DNA of 54,654 nucleotides, filler included, from Jimgerdemannia flammicorona (GCA_003990765.1; 3 parts of 3 records of this genome joined end to end with filler, not necessarily neighbours in it); one strand, 5' to 3'; positions 12,803-25,345 are shown, counted from the first letter of the whole stretch. Numbers and translations are program-made. Notes: generated by a model not told the origin, from the sequence alone.

Positions 12803-12887
12803 GTTGCTAGTCGTCTGACACCAAAAATGTTGTAAAAAGTGTTGTCTGAGTCTTGTGTCGCCTGAATGATACTGGTGAAAGATGTGA

Positions 12888-14882
12888 TGTCAAAGATTTT
12901 GTCTAGAAATTACCTGCAAGATCACGAAGCTGAGTCAAACAGAAGTCACAGTGTATAAAGCTGAGTCAATATGAAGTCATGGAATACAAGAATTACACAA
13001 ACAGAATCTTATCAATTAGGACCAAATATATATATACCAAGTACTGAGACATGTCAAAACAGAGAACCAAAACAAACTAGATATACAACCACAACTCCTG
13101 AATATATACAAACATGAGTACCAAGATCTACAACTATATCTGTACTGACATTTGGAATACTATTGTCAACTGAGCCACACTCCCTCTGCCCCTCATGAAT
13201 ATTCATAGCTTAGCACCTCTCTACTTCATCAAAGCCTGATGGAATGCCCTGAACATACTTAGCAAGGTCTACCAAATTAGACAAATCTCAAGCTACTACC
13301 AGATTGGCTGCCTCCTGGAAGACATGGTCAAACACCATCATGACACAGACATTACCCAGATGTCTCAACACCAGAAACTCATTGTCCGCAAATACTGAGA
13401 ACTCTTTTATGAGTATAGCACCATTATTTCCCATCTCTGAGTTACTATCAGTAAAATGGTTACTACTCTATCCTATAGCCAAATCAATGATATGATATAA
13501 GAACTTAACCACAAGTATCTCAAATATATTCAGACCACAGACAGAACCTTCCTATAGCCTAACAACCATATTCTGCAAATGCCTCAAGTTGAATATACCA
13601 TGAAGGATATCTATGATATAATTCATTTTGACAAAGATGAAGTAGAAGACAATGACCCCTCTGATGCCAATATGACCTCAAGCCAAGGATCTCTGCCAAC
13701 CCTGATCATATCACCAACCTTGCCAATGAACTTATAACAGTTCATAACCATGTATGAGACTTATTGAGACAATGACCACTAGTATGAATATCAACCTATG
13801 TTTACCCCCAATTACTTCAACTACAATAAAGAGACCAGAAAACACAACCTATACCTCCAGACAACCCTCGAGATTGAACAAACAACTCTATCACCTGAGT
13901 ACAAGCAATATGAACCACAGCCACCAGCTTACTATAACCCAGCAACTCATAGTACTGTAATCTATAAAAGATATGCAGACAGCGAATCTGATGAAAGCAA
14001 AGATTATGCACCACTCCTTCACCCACCAATACCTTATCCAGCATATGAGACAGATGATGCTATCCTGTGGAACAGTGACAAAGTCCCAATGTATTATTAC
14101 CTCAGTGAATAAGGAGAGTTAATTCATGAATAACTCTTTCTAGATGACTACTTCATCAGAAATAATATCATCAAAGACTACCCAGACAGCATCTAAATCT
14201 ATAAATAGCTTAGCAGTTATAGTATAGTTAGATTAGCCTTGTATAATGTGACTGTGAGCTAACTCAGTAGTCAGACAATCTTCTGACATATCAGATTACA
14301 CTTGTACTATGTGACTGTATTCTGACTCAGTAAAGTACTAAGTACTATATCCATATTCAGCATAGCCCAGATAGCCCCTCACTAGTATAAATACCCCCTC
14401 TCCCAGACCTCAGAATCTCAGACTTGAACAGACTTGAACACACAAGAACATTTCTGAACACTTCCCCACAATATCTCTTTACATAACTACTCCTAGTATA
14501 GTAATACCATAAATAGTGAATAAATCTATTTAATAACCCACAAACCACTCTTAAGTAAATCTACTCTCCATTAGGTCCCACTTCTAACTCCATTATGAAA
14601 TTTCCTAATTGGATATTGTCTGCAGCGATACACCAATCCAACTAAGCTGGTCTTAGTTTCTTGAACTTCCTGAAATATGGAAAATCCTGAACATCCAGAA
14701 CTAGTCCAAAAAAGAACTTTGGTTGAGATGTTAATCTGAACTTGAAATCAATAAGCATAGAGGACATACTCCATATGAAATTGATCTTGACCATAAGAAA
14801 ACAGTTTTCCAGAATATCCAGAACTTCCAGAAAACCCTTCCAGAACTATGTAATAGTTACCCTAACAAGTAACCCTCTTACA
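12888..14882 (+). mobile_element. ~2-kb LTR (family C) containing an internal ORF
   Basis: Termini tgtcaaag...ctcttaca, gtataaatacccc at 14385, aataaa downstream. The last 255 bp are homologous to the insertion starting tgtaagag at 54401. The left end is inferred. Confidence 0.7.
13114..14196 (+). pseudogene. LTR-internal gene of family C (~360 codons, unknown function)
   Basis: One frame from ATG 13114 to TAA 14196 with no frameshift. Internal stops are all consistent with single C>T/G>A changes. TATA-like run at ~13027-13036. Confidence 0.7.
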
Positions 14883-16984
14883 GATACCAAGATGACTTAT
14901 ATAATTATAGTAAGATCTAAATATCTGAATAAGATATCTAATACTATAAGTGTTTTATCAGACTTATAGATAATTGTTAGATTGAAGGTTTAGAGCTTGA
15001 GACTCTACTTGACTTACAGATATAACAAAGTAGATTGGATATTGATATACTTAAGTACTTAATAATCAGTGATGACATTAAACTCAATACTTTCTAGATA
15101 GTATTATCAGTAGTTTAGTATATGAATTATTATTAGTAGCTTCTTCTCATAGGTGGCTAACTTTTGTTTAGCTAGGGCCAACTTATGAGACTTAAAAGCA
15201 ATAGGATGATATTCTTTGCCATCATCTTATAATAGGACTGCTCTAATGACAAAATTTGATACATTAGTGATAATATTGGATTTTAGACTTAGGTCTATAT
15301 TATATAAAACTGAAGCATGAGTTAGATAGTTCTTGAGTTCTTAGAAGGCTTATTGATAGAAGAGATCTCAGATATAGAGTACATAGTAATCAGAGTTAGG
15401 AGTCTTTCTTATAAGGTTAGTTAGTAGCTCAGTAATATCAGAGACATTTCTGATAAAGTAATAGTAGTAGCCAGCTAGACTAAGAAAGGACCAGAGTTCT
15501 GTGAGGTTTAATGGAATTGGTCATTCTTAAATTACCTCTATCTTATATAAGTCTACTTGAATTCCTTATATAGAGATAATATAGCTAAGATATTTAACTT
15601 GTTCTTTGAAGAATTCACACTTTTTGAGCTTTATATAAAGCTTGTATTTTTGCAAGATCTCCAGGACTACTCAGATATATTTGAGGTATTCTTTTTTAGT
15701 TATACTAAAGATCAGAATATTATTAAGATATACCAATAAGAAGATGAATAGTTAGTCTTTGAATATCTTATTTATGAGAGTCTAGAATATAATAGGTATA
15801 TTGGTAAGATCAAATATTAGGACTAGAAATTCATAGAGTCTAAAGGGAGTCATAAATATAGTCTTAGAGATATCTTCTAGCTTGATTCAGATTTAGTAGT
15901 AATCTGACATAAGGTCCAATTTAGTAAAGTACTTAGTATTCTTGAGAGTATCAAAAATTTGATCAATTAAGGATAGTAGATATCAGTTCTTAACTATAAG
16001 CTTATTGAGTACATAGTAGTCTATATATATTTGCAAAGTACTATTCTTTTTCTTGACAAATAGGACTGGTGAGCTATAGAGAGATTTACTTGATTAAATG
16101 ACTCTTTATATAAGTAGTTCTTCTAGTTCCTTCTTGACTGCTTCAATTTCAAGAGGTGATTATAGTATATATATTTCTTAGATAGTATAACTCCTATGGT
16201 TAGTTTAATTTTATGATCAGCTTCTCATATAGATGGTAGACCAAATAGTCTATCTGAGAAGATATTCTTGAATTCTTTAAGCAATAACTTAATGTTTTAT
16301 TAATTGACAGCTTTTTATTATATTTCTTAGAACAGACTATTGCAACAAAGGTATATATTACTTTTTTGAGTACTTTCTTATACTGTATTGCTGACAGTAT
16401 TACTACTGAAGTCATATTTACAGGCTTATCTGTCTTGATAGTGATATTGACTCTATTTTGAAGTAAAGTAACTTTATTCTTATACTAATTAATATTCATA
16501 AGCCAGGGTTTCTCTAAGATCAGATTATGATCTCCATAATATGATCTTAAAGTCTACTTATTTATAATATTTCTAGATCTTAATGGGTAGTTTGGCTATA
16601 ATTGACTTAATAGGATATAGTATACCATCTATAGTAACTATATCATCATTCTTGAATGTAGACTTGATGAGGATTTTGAGGTTTTCAATAAGGTTCTGAT
16701 TGATGAAGTTTTCTATAGCTCTATTGTCTATAAGTATTAAACTTCTTTTTCTTTGACTAGATCTTTGAAAATAAGTATAGCTTAAGCTCAATTTGCAGTA
16801 AAACTTACTACTTGATCAGTACTATCAAAATCTTTTTAGTCTCACTTGGTTTCAGATAGTTCTTAGACTTCTGTAATCTTAGGTTAACTGGCTTTTTCTA
16901 AGATTATTTGTATAACTTGATCTCCTTCTTTAACTATATATATAGTCTTGATTCTTCTGGTTAACAAGTAAGACTTGAACTTGG
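14883..16984 (-). pseudogene. Decayed Ty3/gypsy pol (protease - RT - RNase H)
   Basis: ILIDNRAIENFI (DSGA protease), SPVLFVKKKNSTL, FTKLDL, SFLSLAGYY and ITNVSNFVIRAVLL remnants. Cut after RNase H by the family C LTR. Confidence 0.85.
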
Positions 16985-18153
16985 CTCCTTTCTCTACTAC
17001 CTTACCAGTCACAAGGTTTGGTGGGCAACCTTCTGAGTCCCCTTTCCCCTATTATTACCCCCTCTACCTCAGATTGGTTTGCTGTGCCTGTAGGGGCATA
17101 GTGGGAGGAGGGCAATGGTGATGAGTTGCCCCTTTATCGGTGTCAGATCGGTGCTTCCTCCACTTTTTCGCGGATTCTAGTGCCTTTGGCTGTGTCTGGG
17201 GTATACCCATTTTGGTGCGGCACCTTCTTCCTTTTGCCGTCGCCAATAAGGAGTTGTTTCGGTATGTCTCAGGCTACGTAGGGAGTCGGCCGACCTTGGG
17301 TGTCAAGTGCTCAGTGTAGGTTACCTACAGGTCCTCGGTGCCTGTGGTGGGGCCCTCTGGCTTTGGCGAGCTTCCCAGCAAGTATGGTTCTGGCGTAGGT
17401 GACTGTTTTTCAGGTGTTGTCGGGATGGGAGGGGAGATGGCCATCACAGATAGGAGGAAGGGCGATAACGGTGGACCAGTGGGGTGCCAGGCTGGGGGCG
17501 GTCATCGGGGCTGGGGCAGGTGCTGCTTCAGTGGGGTCTTTTGATTGGTGTGGTGCGGTTAGGTGGTAGGTGTCACTATCAGCTTCTTTTGGCAGTCAGT
17601 GGGGTTGGGCCCCAGTTGTCAGGGGGGGTCAGGAGGCCCAAGGCTACCCATTTCAGGCATCTTGGCTGCACTCAACTGGAACCAGGAGCTGACATGGCAA
17701 TGTGATCGAGGCCCGCAAGCTTAAGTAGTGGGGTATTGGGGGTTTCCTTCTGCCTCACGTGTAAGTCCTTTACTCACCTCGACTGAGAGAACCAGGCCCT
17801 ACCCACCATGTTGTACTTTGATGAGGGTTTTTCTTTGCCTGTCATTCTCTTTGGGGTGGTAGGGGCTATTCTATTCGGCTCGGGCATGGCCTTGTACATA
17901 CGTTGGGTTCTCAGGCATGTGCTTTTGGTCGTTGGCATATGGTTGGGTTTCCCCTGGTGGTAGGGAGAGCATGGTGCACAGAATGAGGTGCGGGCCTACA
18001 TCAGCCCTGCTGCGCCTGGCATGGTCGAGCTGCTGGACAATAGCTAGCCTAGATTAATGGGGTGGCAGTGCTTGGTGGGTGGTGGGGGAGGGTTTTGGCC
18101 TATATAGTCTAGGTTCCCTTCCAATAAAAATCCACGGGACATGAGTCTGTTAA
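16985..18153 (+). mobile_element. Non-autonomous polyadenylated retroposon (SINE-like), copy 1, least decayed
   Basis: Collinear with 34052-35213 and 53597-54400. Starts ctcctttctc; aataaa at 18123; runs into a gap. Confidence 0.8.
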
Positions 18154-18253
18154 NNNNNNNNNNNNNNNNNNNNNNNNNNNNNNNNNNNNNNNNNNNNTTA
18201 ATTAATTAANNNNNNNNNNNNNNNNNNNNNNNNNNNNNNNNNNNNNNNNNNNN
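18154..18253. other. Assembly gap with artificial six-frame stop linker
   Basis: N44-TTAATTAATTAA-N44. Confidence 0.95.
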
Positions 18254-21200
18254 TTTTTTATAGTCACTTGGACTCTGACATTTATTACCTGTCTATTAAT
18301 AAGTTTACAATATACCCTCCCACTACCTGATCCCCATAGGGGTGCCACTCCCTCCACCTACATGAACAAAGACCACTTTCTCACCCACAACTCCAACACT
18401 CCCCCCACTCTGCCTATAGATTTTCTCTACCAAACAATGTCTTCAGCCCCCCTGCAACCCCTAACCAAGCCACCAGTCTGTCAAGGTGTCTTCTATAAGG
18501 CTACGCCATCTCAGCAGCCTGACCTCTGAGCCAAGCCTCCTCCCATCCTCAAAAACAAATAATCAGTGACTGGCCAGCCCCACCCAAATGGCTAAAGCCC
18601 AACCTAATGTCAGCCATTCCTTCTCCACCCCCCCCTCCAATCTATCCCTTAAATTCTCCCATCACCCCCTCATGCCAGCTCCCCTATATACTACCCCCAA
18701 ATGATTCCCAATGTTCTACCAAAAGGTGCTAAGTATCTCACACTCTCCTAGCCAATGTTCAGGCATCTGCACATATCCCCCTTCCTGCCCTATATTATAA
18801 CACTCTTCACAGTCGAAGCAACCTCCCTTGATAAGGTGATCTGAGCAGAAGTTTAGCATGACATTCCACCTCAGTATATGCCACCAGACCACCCAGTACT
18901 TTGGTTGCAGCCACCTCCTCACCTCAGCACTCTAGGCCCAAATGCTCAACCAGTCCTACTCCTCGCCGATTCCTACTTCTTACCAACTGGCTAGGCCACA
19001 GGTCCTGGCCTGGTCCTCATTGGCATTCGATCTCATCACCAATGTCAAACTCAATTAGAGGAATGCCACCCAGTAACACTCAGTCCCATCTCTACATCAC
19101 TGGGTCCCAAGCTACCCCTCCTTCATTTCACTGCCACCTAATTCCAATACAGTGCACTCCCTCTGCCACTCCCCACCAGAAGCCTTTGTATCACAATTGT
19201 TCAGTATTCTGAAGACCCACAAGTGCTAGAAGATCACCAGTTGAACCCCTTGGAGAGGACCTCATCTCCCAGACTTTCTGCAGTAGGGGGACCCAATCAC
19301 CCCCTCTCAACTCCACTACTCTCTTCAGTCACCATGCTCTCAAGCAGTGCAGCCTCTTAGGAAAGTCAACCAGCTCAAGTCCCCCACTCACCACCAGTAA
19401 GGACAAGACCTCCCAGCTGATCTGACTCCGCCTTCCAGCCCAGATTCACCCCTTGGCCAGCTTCATCAATTGCTTCACCACCCAAGCTGGGAAGTCCAGA
19501 TGATATGCCAGATATCACAACTTTGGCAGCCAATAGACGTTCAGAATCAAAATGCATCCTGCCAGAGACAATTGGCAGCCCCCCCAACTCCACAGGGCCT
19601 CCTCCCAGATACCAACCTGCTGCTCTCACCAAAGTCTGGGCAGAACTGGCCCATATCCTGACAGATAAATACTCAAGTACCATACCATCTCACCAGCAGG
19701 GACAATGGTACCAATAATCTCCCCTCTCACCAGACCATTGCCTAACACCATCGTTTCGCACTTATGCCAATTAAGCCTAGCCCTGGAGTTCACCTCATAC
19801 CACTCTACTGTTTCCTTGAGCTTCTCAACATCTGCAATTGATCCCAGGCTGACCACTATGTCATTGCAAATGCCTCTACTTTTCACCCAATGCCAAAGAT
19901 AGAGAGCCCCACTATCTTCTGCCTGATTCTGTCCATGAAGGGCTCCAGAGAAAGGGCATACAAAATGGGGGGCACCCCCCTACCCAGGGGAAATGCTACC
20001 CCTCTGTGTCTATTACACATGAGTGCAGCCCTACTTCCTTTCAGTAGGCTGACCATAGCTGTCCTGAACTGGTGCAGGACCCCAATCCTATCCAATACTT
20101 TTGCCAGCCAGACCCATCTCACTCAGTCATAAGCCTTCTCCTGGTCCAGAAAGACCAGACACCCATCCAGTCCACTGGCTCATACCCCTTCAATAACTCC
20201 ATACACTCATGCTGTGCCATCCCTGATGAGCCAGCCTCCCACAAAACTCCTCTGCTCATCACCCAAGACTTGCTGGGCCACCTTTTGCAACCTTGTGACC
20301 ACCACCTTGGTAACCAACTTTCTGTCCATATCTAGTAGCATAATCGGCCTCCAGTTCTTCCAGTCCTCTTGCCTTCCTTTGTTCTTATAAAGCAATGTCA
20401 CCAGCCCCAGATCCTGTTCCCCCACCCATCTCCCCATCTGTAGAATCCAATCACACAGTGCCATCATCTCTGAGACACCCACTATCTTTTTCCAGAAGTC
20501 CCAGAGCAGACCATCCTTCCCAGGTACCATACCCAAGGTTGTTGCAGCAAGAACCTGGTAGACCTCCTCCTCTTGTACTGGCAGTACTAAGTTACCCAGC
20601 TCATCTGCTTGTGTAGGGTTCCAATCCTCCAATACTCAGTCAATATCCTCAGTATCTGCCCCACCCTCCTCCTCACTCCACAATCCACTCCAATGCTCTT
20701 TTAATGATCCAAGAATGTCTTGTATACCATGCACCAATATACCATTAGCATTAAGCACCCCCTCCCACCTTTGTTATACACTTCTTGCCTGAAGGGCTCT
20801 TGTGAGAAACTTTGAGGGCTGCTCTCCTTCCTCCAACCCCTGCCAATGCAGCTGCACCACCAGACCCTGGACCCTTGCCTCTTCCTTGTTCCACAGCACC
20901 TGTTATAGTTCAACTATCTCCATTCATACCCTTATCAATCTCCAGTCCTCCTCCCCCTCCAATGTCACCAGTCTCACCCAGTCCTCCAAGAGTCTAGACA
21001 GTCTACTAGAAGCCCACCACATCTGCCACCTCCTCTGTTTCCCAGCCTCCTTACCAGTCTCACTCCAGAAGGTCCTGGCCATCTCCTTCATCCTCATCCA
21101 CTAAATACCAACTGGGGCACCTTCCTGCCTCCAGCACTTCACTCGCAGTTGAATGTCTTCAGCCCACTCATCTCACCAGATCTTATCATCTAGTAAGGAG

Positions 21201-24090
21201 GAATTGAGATGCCAATGTCCAGGCCCATCCCCACTCCCCCCAAAATGCCCCTGCTCTAAAAGCCCCCAATGATCCGACCAAGGACACCATTCCACCTCCA
21301 GTGACTTCCAAACATCCAAGCCCCAGTAGCTGGCTGTCAGAATCCAATCAATCCTCATCCCCAGGCCTCTGGCCCAGTGTGTGTACACCCTCCTATCCCC
21401 CCAACATTCTCTACCCACATCCACCAGAGCACTCAGTCTTTCCACTTCCTCCCATGCTGCCAGTCCTCCACTCTGACCCTCAGCTCCATGTCCTCCATCA
21501 GTTCTATCCCTCAATACATCTCAGACCATATTGAAGTCCCCACCAAGCATATCCACCCCAACCTCTACAAGAATTCCACTCTCCTATAGGCCCTTCACCC
21601 AATTCACCAGCTCACCCTGTACTGCAGGGCAGTAACAGGAGTCCACTGTGACAGGCTCCCAACCTGTATGTACCCACTCTCCCCAGACCAATCTATCCCC
21701 CCAGCTCTGCATATCCCTTATCTCCCCTCTGCCTTTCCGCACCAGATTCCCAACCTTGCTATTCCAGACTGCCTTACCTCCCCACTCCTTTATTCATTCC
21801 AGTCTATCCAAGTCATTCTTACACCTGACATCCTGTAAGAGAAAGAGATCAGCCTCCAATCTCTTCAGCCAAGTAAAAATGTTCTTACATCGATAAGTGC
21901 CCCATAACCCATTCATGTTCAAAGAAAAAATGTTGGTTATACTATTCTTAGTGAATAATGGTATGTTATCAAGCTTTCTCTACTGCTCTATGTTCATCTC
22001 CTCCTGTGCCAAGTCCAGATTATATTCTGCAGTCACCACCTCCTCTTCAGCCCTCTGAGCCTCCAGTTCAGCCAACAGCTCATTCATCTCCCCATCTGCC
22101 TTCTTCTTGAATTTCTCTTGGTACTCCAGGCAGGCCTCCTGTCAGAGCTGTTGTCTATGACACTTGGTCCAGCAGTATTCAGCCCTCTCTCTTGCAACTC
22201 CCATCATCTCTGCCTCCTGCTCCTTATCTACCTCATAGCCCTCCTCCTCCAGATACACCATAAGAATTTCTGCCTTCAATGTCATCACCACCCCCTCCCC
22301 CTGCAGGATCCTCACCTAATGCTTGTCACTCATTACCCTCAAATCTACCTCTCCCAGCTCCTCAGCCACCAGGTTGTTCATCATCCTGTACATCCAAAGT
22401 AGGTTCCCCACCTCCTTTCCTCCAGGGGTCACCAGCCTCTCACCATCCAGTATTGTGGTGTCAGCCCCAGCACTCACAGCCTCGTCTCACTCCTCTGGGA
22501 TATCCACCAGTTCCTCCTCACTGACTGCCACCACTTGTCCCCCTTTCGCCACCTCCGGAACTCCAAATTGCACTCGCTGGGCCCCCCACATTGGCACATT
22601 CTCCACCACCCTGCTTTGGGAAGCTGGGCCCTGCCTGATAAGGGGAGTAGGGGTAGGGGAGTCCTCCTATGTCTCATCCCAAACCTCCAGTATACCATCT
22701 ACAAACAGGTCCTTGCCAGTTGTCTCCCTGTTCTCACCAGTCCCCTTCCCAGCACTCCCACTTCCCTCACCTGCCCAGACACTCACTTTGGCCCCCCCTA
22801 TGTCCACCATCCTGCTCGTATCCTTCTGAGACCCACCCTTCATCTTTGCCAGCAGTTCCCTCTGTCTCTTACATCTCTGCTCTCATTCCCACTACTCCTT
22901 ACTCTCTCGAATCCACTTCCCATCCACCACCTCCAAGTGTGTCACCTCCTCAAAGGCCCTCCATGCCTTCTCCCACCATTCCACCACACTACTAAACTCT
23001 TTCAGCACTTCTAATAGGTCCTCTTTCTCCTTTTCAGTCCCCTTCACCCTCATCACCTTGCACATGATTGCCCCCCAGACCATACCAGAAGGCCAGTCAC
23101 TTGCCTTCTCAGTGGCCTCCTTTCCTGCTAGCCAAATCCTCACATCCACATCTTCAGTCCTGAGCAAGGTCCCCTCTCAAACTCTGAATCCAATATCCAC
23201 CACCTCTCCATACTCTGCAATGACCTCCTCAACTCTCCTTCTTGTCTCCATTGTCATCACTGTGGGCACCCCTTTCACCAGCAGTTGGACCACTCTGGGA
23301 TCCTATTTCAGACATCATGCCATTGGAACACACACCTCCCCAACTATCAATCCAACCTTCAACACTTCCTCCAAAGGCTCAGCCCCCTCAAAGCCCACCT
23401 CCACACCCTCCAGTCCCTTCAAAAACTTTATGGACACTGCTCCAGCCACCTGCTTGGCAATTAGCCCCAGTACCATTTTTGCTGTCACTGCTAGGCCCTG
23501 GAAGCACAGTGTTACTGCGAATGCCAAGATCAATTTCTTGAGTAATGGCACCACTGCTATGTCCATTACACCATCTGCCAAATCTCCTTGTCTCCCAAGC
23601 CCCAGTTGCTCAGCTGCATCATCCACAGTCACATCTGAATTTTTTTCCAGATTAGCAGTCCCATCTCCATCAGCCATTACACTCCCCCCAGCCAATACAC
23701 CTCCAGCCCCACTGCCCTCTCTACCAAGGGCTACTCCTTCATATACTGTTGCCTTCTTCGTTTTCTTGCCTTTTCTCAACCAACCCTCCAGCCCTGATGT
23801 CTGCCTTCTCCCCTTCACCATCTCAGCAAAGCTTGCCCTCCCAGATCTCTGTCCTCTACTACCACCTCCTCCCCTTCCACATCCACCTGCCAGCAGCCCA
23901 CTCATACCTCCCCCCAGGCCAGGGCCTCTCTCCACGTGCTGCCAGTTGAATGTGCTCAGGCTGCTCTGCCCAGTATACACCTCAGATTGCCTGTCAGTTG
24001 CCATGTTGCTAGTCTCTTTTCTCCAAAAACGATGTTATAGTTGCTTTCCAAATGTTGTGTAACCTGAGAGGTACCAGAGAGAGATGAGCT
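18254..24090 (-). mobile_element. Near full-length L1/Tx1-like LINE (~5.8 kb), inactivated
   Basis: ORF1 starts at 24004. ORF2 from ~21950 has EN (RIDWI, SDH), RT (PGKDG, NWRPIMLLDMDRK, LYALSLEPF) and a C-terminal Cys/His region. The 3' end is gtgactataaaaaa at the gap. Confidence 0.92.
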
Positions 24091-25345
24091 CCGGCCTTAG
24101 CCTGATCTCTACCATCTTCCCAAATTACTCTACCCTACTAGGTCTAATGTCTCTAATGTCTCTCTTCTTCTTCTGAACTAGAATATCTACTCTGCTCTTC
24201 TATATAGCCACATCCCCCTCATTCTCTCATCTAGTTTAAAATATTTAAGTCCTCATCATATGTACATATCTCATATCCTGAAGGAAGAACAGATCAGCAT
24301 CCAGTCTCCTCATCTAGCAGGAAAAGTTCTGATGCCTCACTACTTCTTATAATCTATTGACATTTAGAGAAAAATTCTAGTTATACTATTTATATTAAAT
24401 ATTGTTTAAAGAAAAACCATCTGCTTTACAAATCTATGCTCACTATATCACCAGCTACATCTAAGTTCCTTTCAGTCTCAATTTTACATATCTTTCTCTC
24501 CCTACCAAGTATCTAGAGCCTCTATATGTATCTCTAGATCATCCTCTCCATCTCACATCTCTATGGAAGATCTGTATTCCTCACATTGTATCTGCCATTT
24601 TGCCAACCCTTCCTCAGGCCCCATAGATAAGCTATATAGTTATTCACAATAGTCAGTAGTGCTATCTCTCTATTGATATCTATCTTATACTTTCCTGTCT
24701 CTAGTAGAGCTGCTATCAATTTATATCAGAGCTTTTGTAATACTTCCTCTCTCTATAAGATAGTACTCTAGTATATCTTGCTAATAACATAAAAATCAAC
24801 TCCTTCCAACTCATCAGATGCAATATTTGTTAGTGCCTTCACAACTATTTCTCATCTTCAATAGTCTACTTTACCCCTGGGGCTACCTCCTGCCCTCTAC
24901 TCCCTGACATCTAACAGCATTTGTCCTCACTGATCTATCTCAGTCCTCCTTTAGCATATTCTTTAGCTCTTCAGTCTCTCTCTCCCCTATAAGGACCTCA
25001 TACCAAACTTGAGCCCTCTCTACCATTACCTTATCCTCTGCCACCTTACTTCACTTCTGAACTCTACTCTTTTCCAGAGCCTCCTCCTAGCTATTATCTT
25101 CTCTTCTGCTCAGATATTAGCCTATGAACCAACTCTCTCAGTATTATTTACTCTCTCCAAACTACTGCCAAACTTATCTACAAATTCTTATATTATTGCT
25201 TTTCTTAAGTCCTCTTCCAGTTACCAAATATAGTTGCACCCATTTGCCATTAATAATCTCTATAACTTTCTTAGTCTCAAACTCCTTTCAGGTCAGCTGT
25301 CTTTCTCTCTACTACTTCAGTCAGATCCTTTAATATCTCTATTAA
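24091..25345 (-). mobile_element. Older LINE copy, segment 1 (ORF1 C-terminal half and EN start)
   Basis: ADLFFLQDMRY at ~24270-24298; continues at 28185-29225. Confidence 0.7.

Larger units (their letters stand above)
10290..12887 (-). mobile_element. Young L1/Tx1-like LINE, 5' half (5' UTR, ORF1, endonuclease), 3'-truncated
   Basis: Retains many CpGs. ORF1 is followed by an APE-type ORF2, collinear with the near-complete copy at 18254-24090. Confidence 0.9.

Noticed and set aside
11469..12818. 449-aa Pro/Ser/Thr-rich plus-strand ORF (and the similar ORF at 23058-24062)
   Set aside because: Antisense shadow of LINE ORF1. G-rich codon usage makes TTA/CTA/TCA rare, which leaves the opposite frame open.
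17064..17705. Short ORFs in the SINE-like element
   Set aside because: No frame is convincingly conserved across the three copies. A decayed antisense ORF cannot be fully excluded without a consensus.
18198..18209. TTAATTAATTAA palindrome inside N runs (also 36449-36460)
   Set aside because: Artificial scaffolding linker with stops in all six frames.
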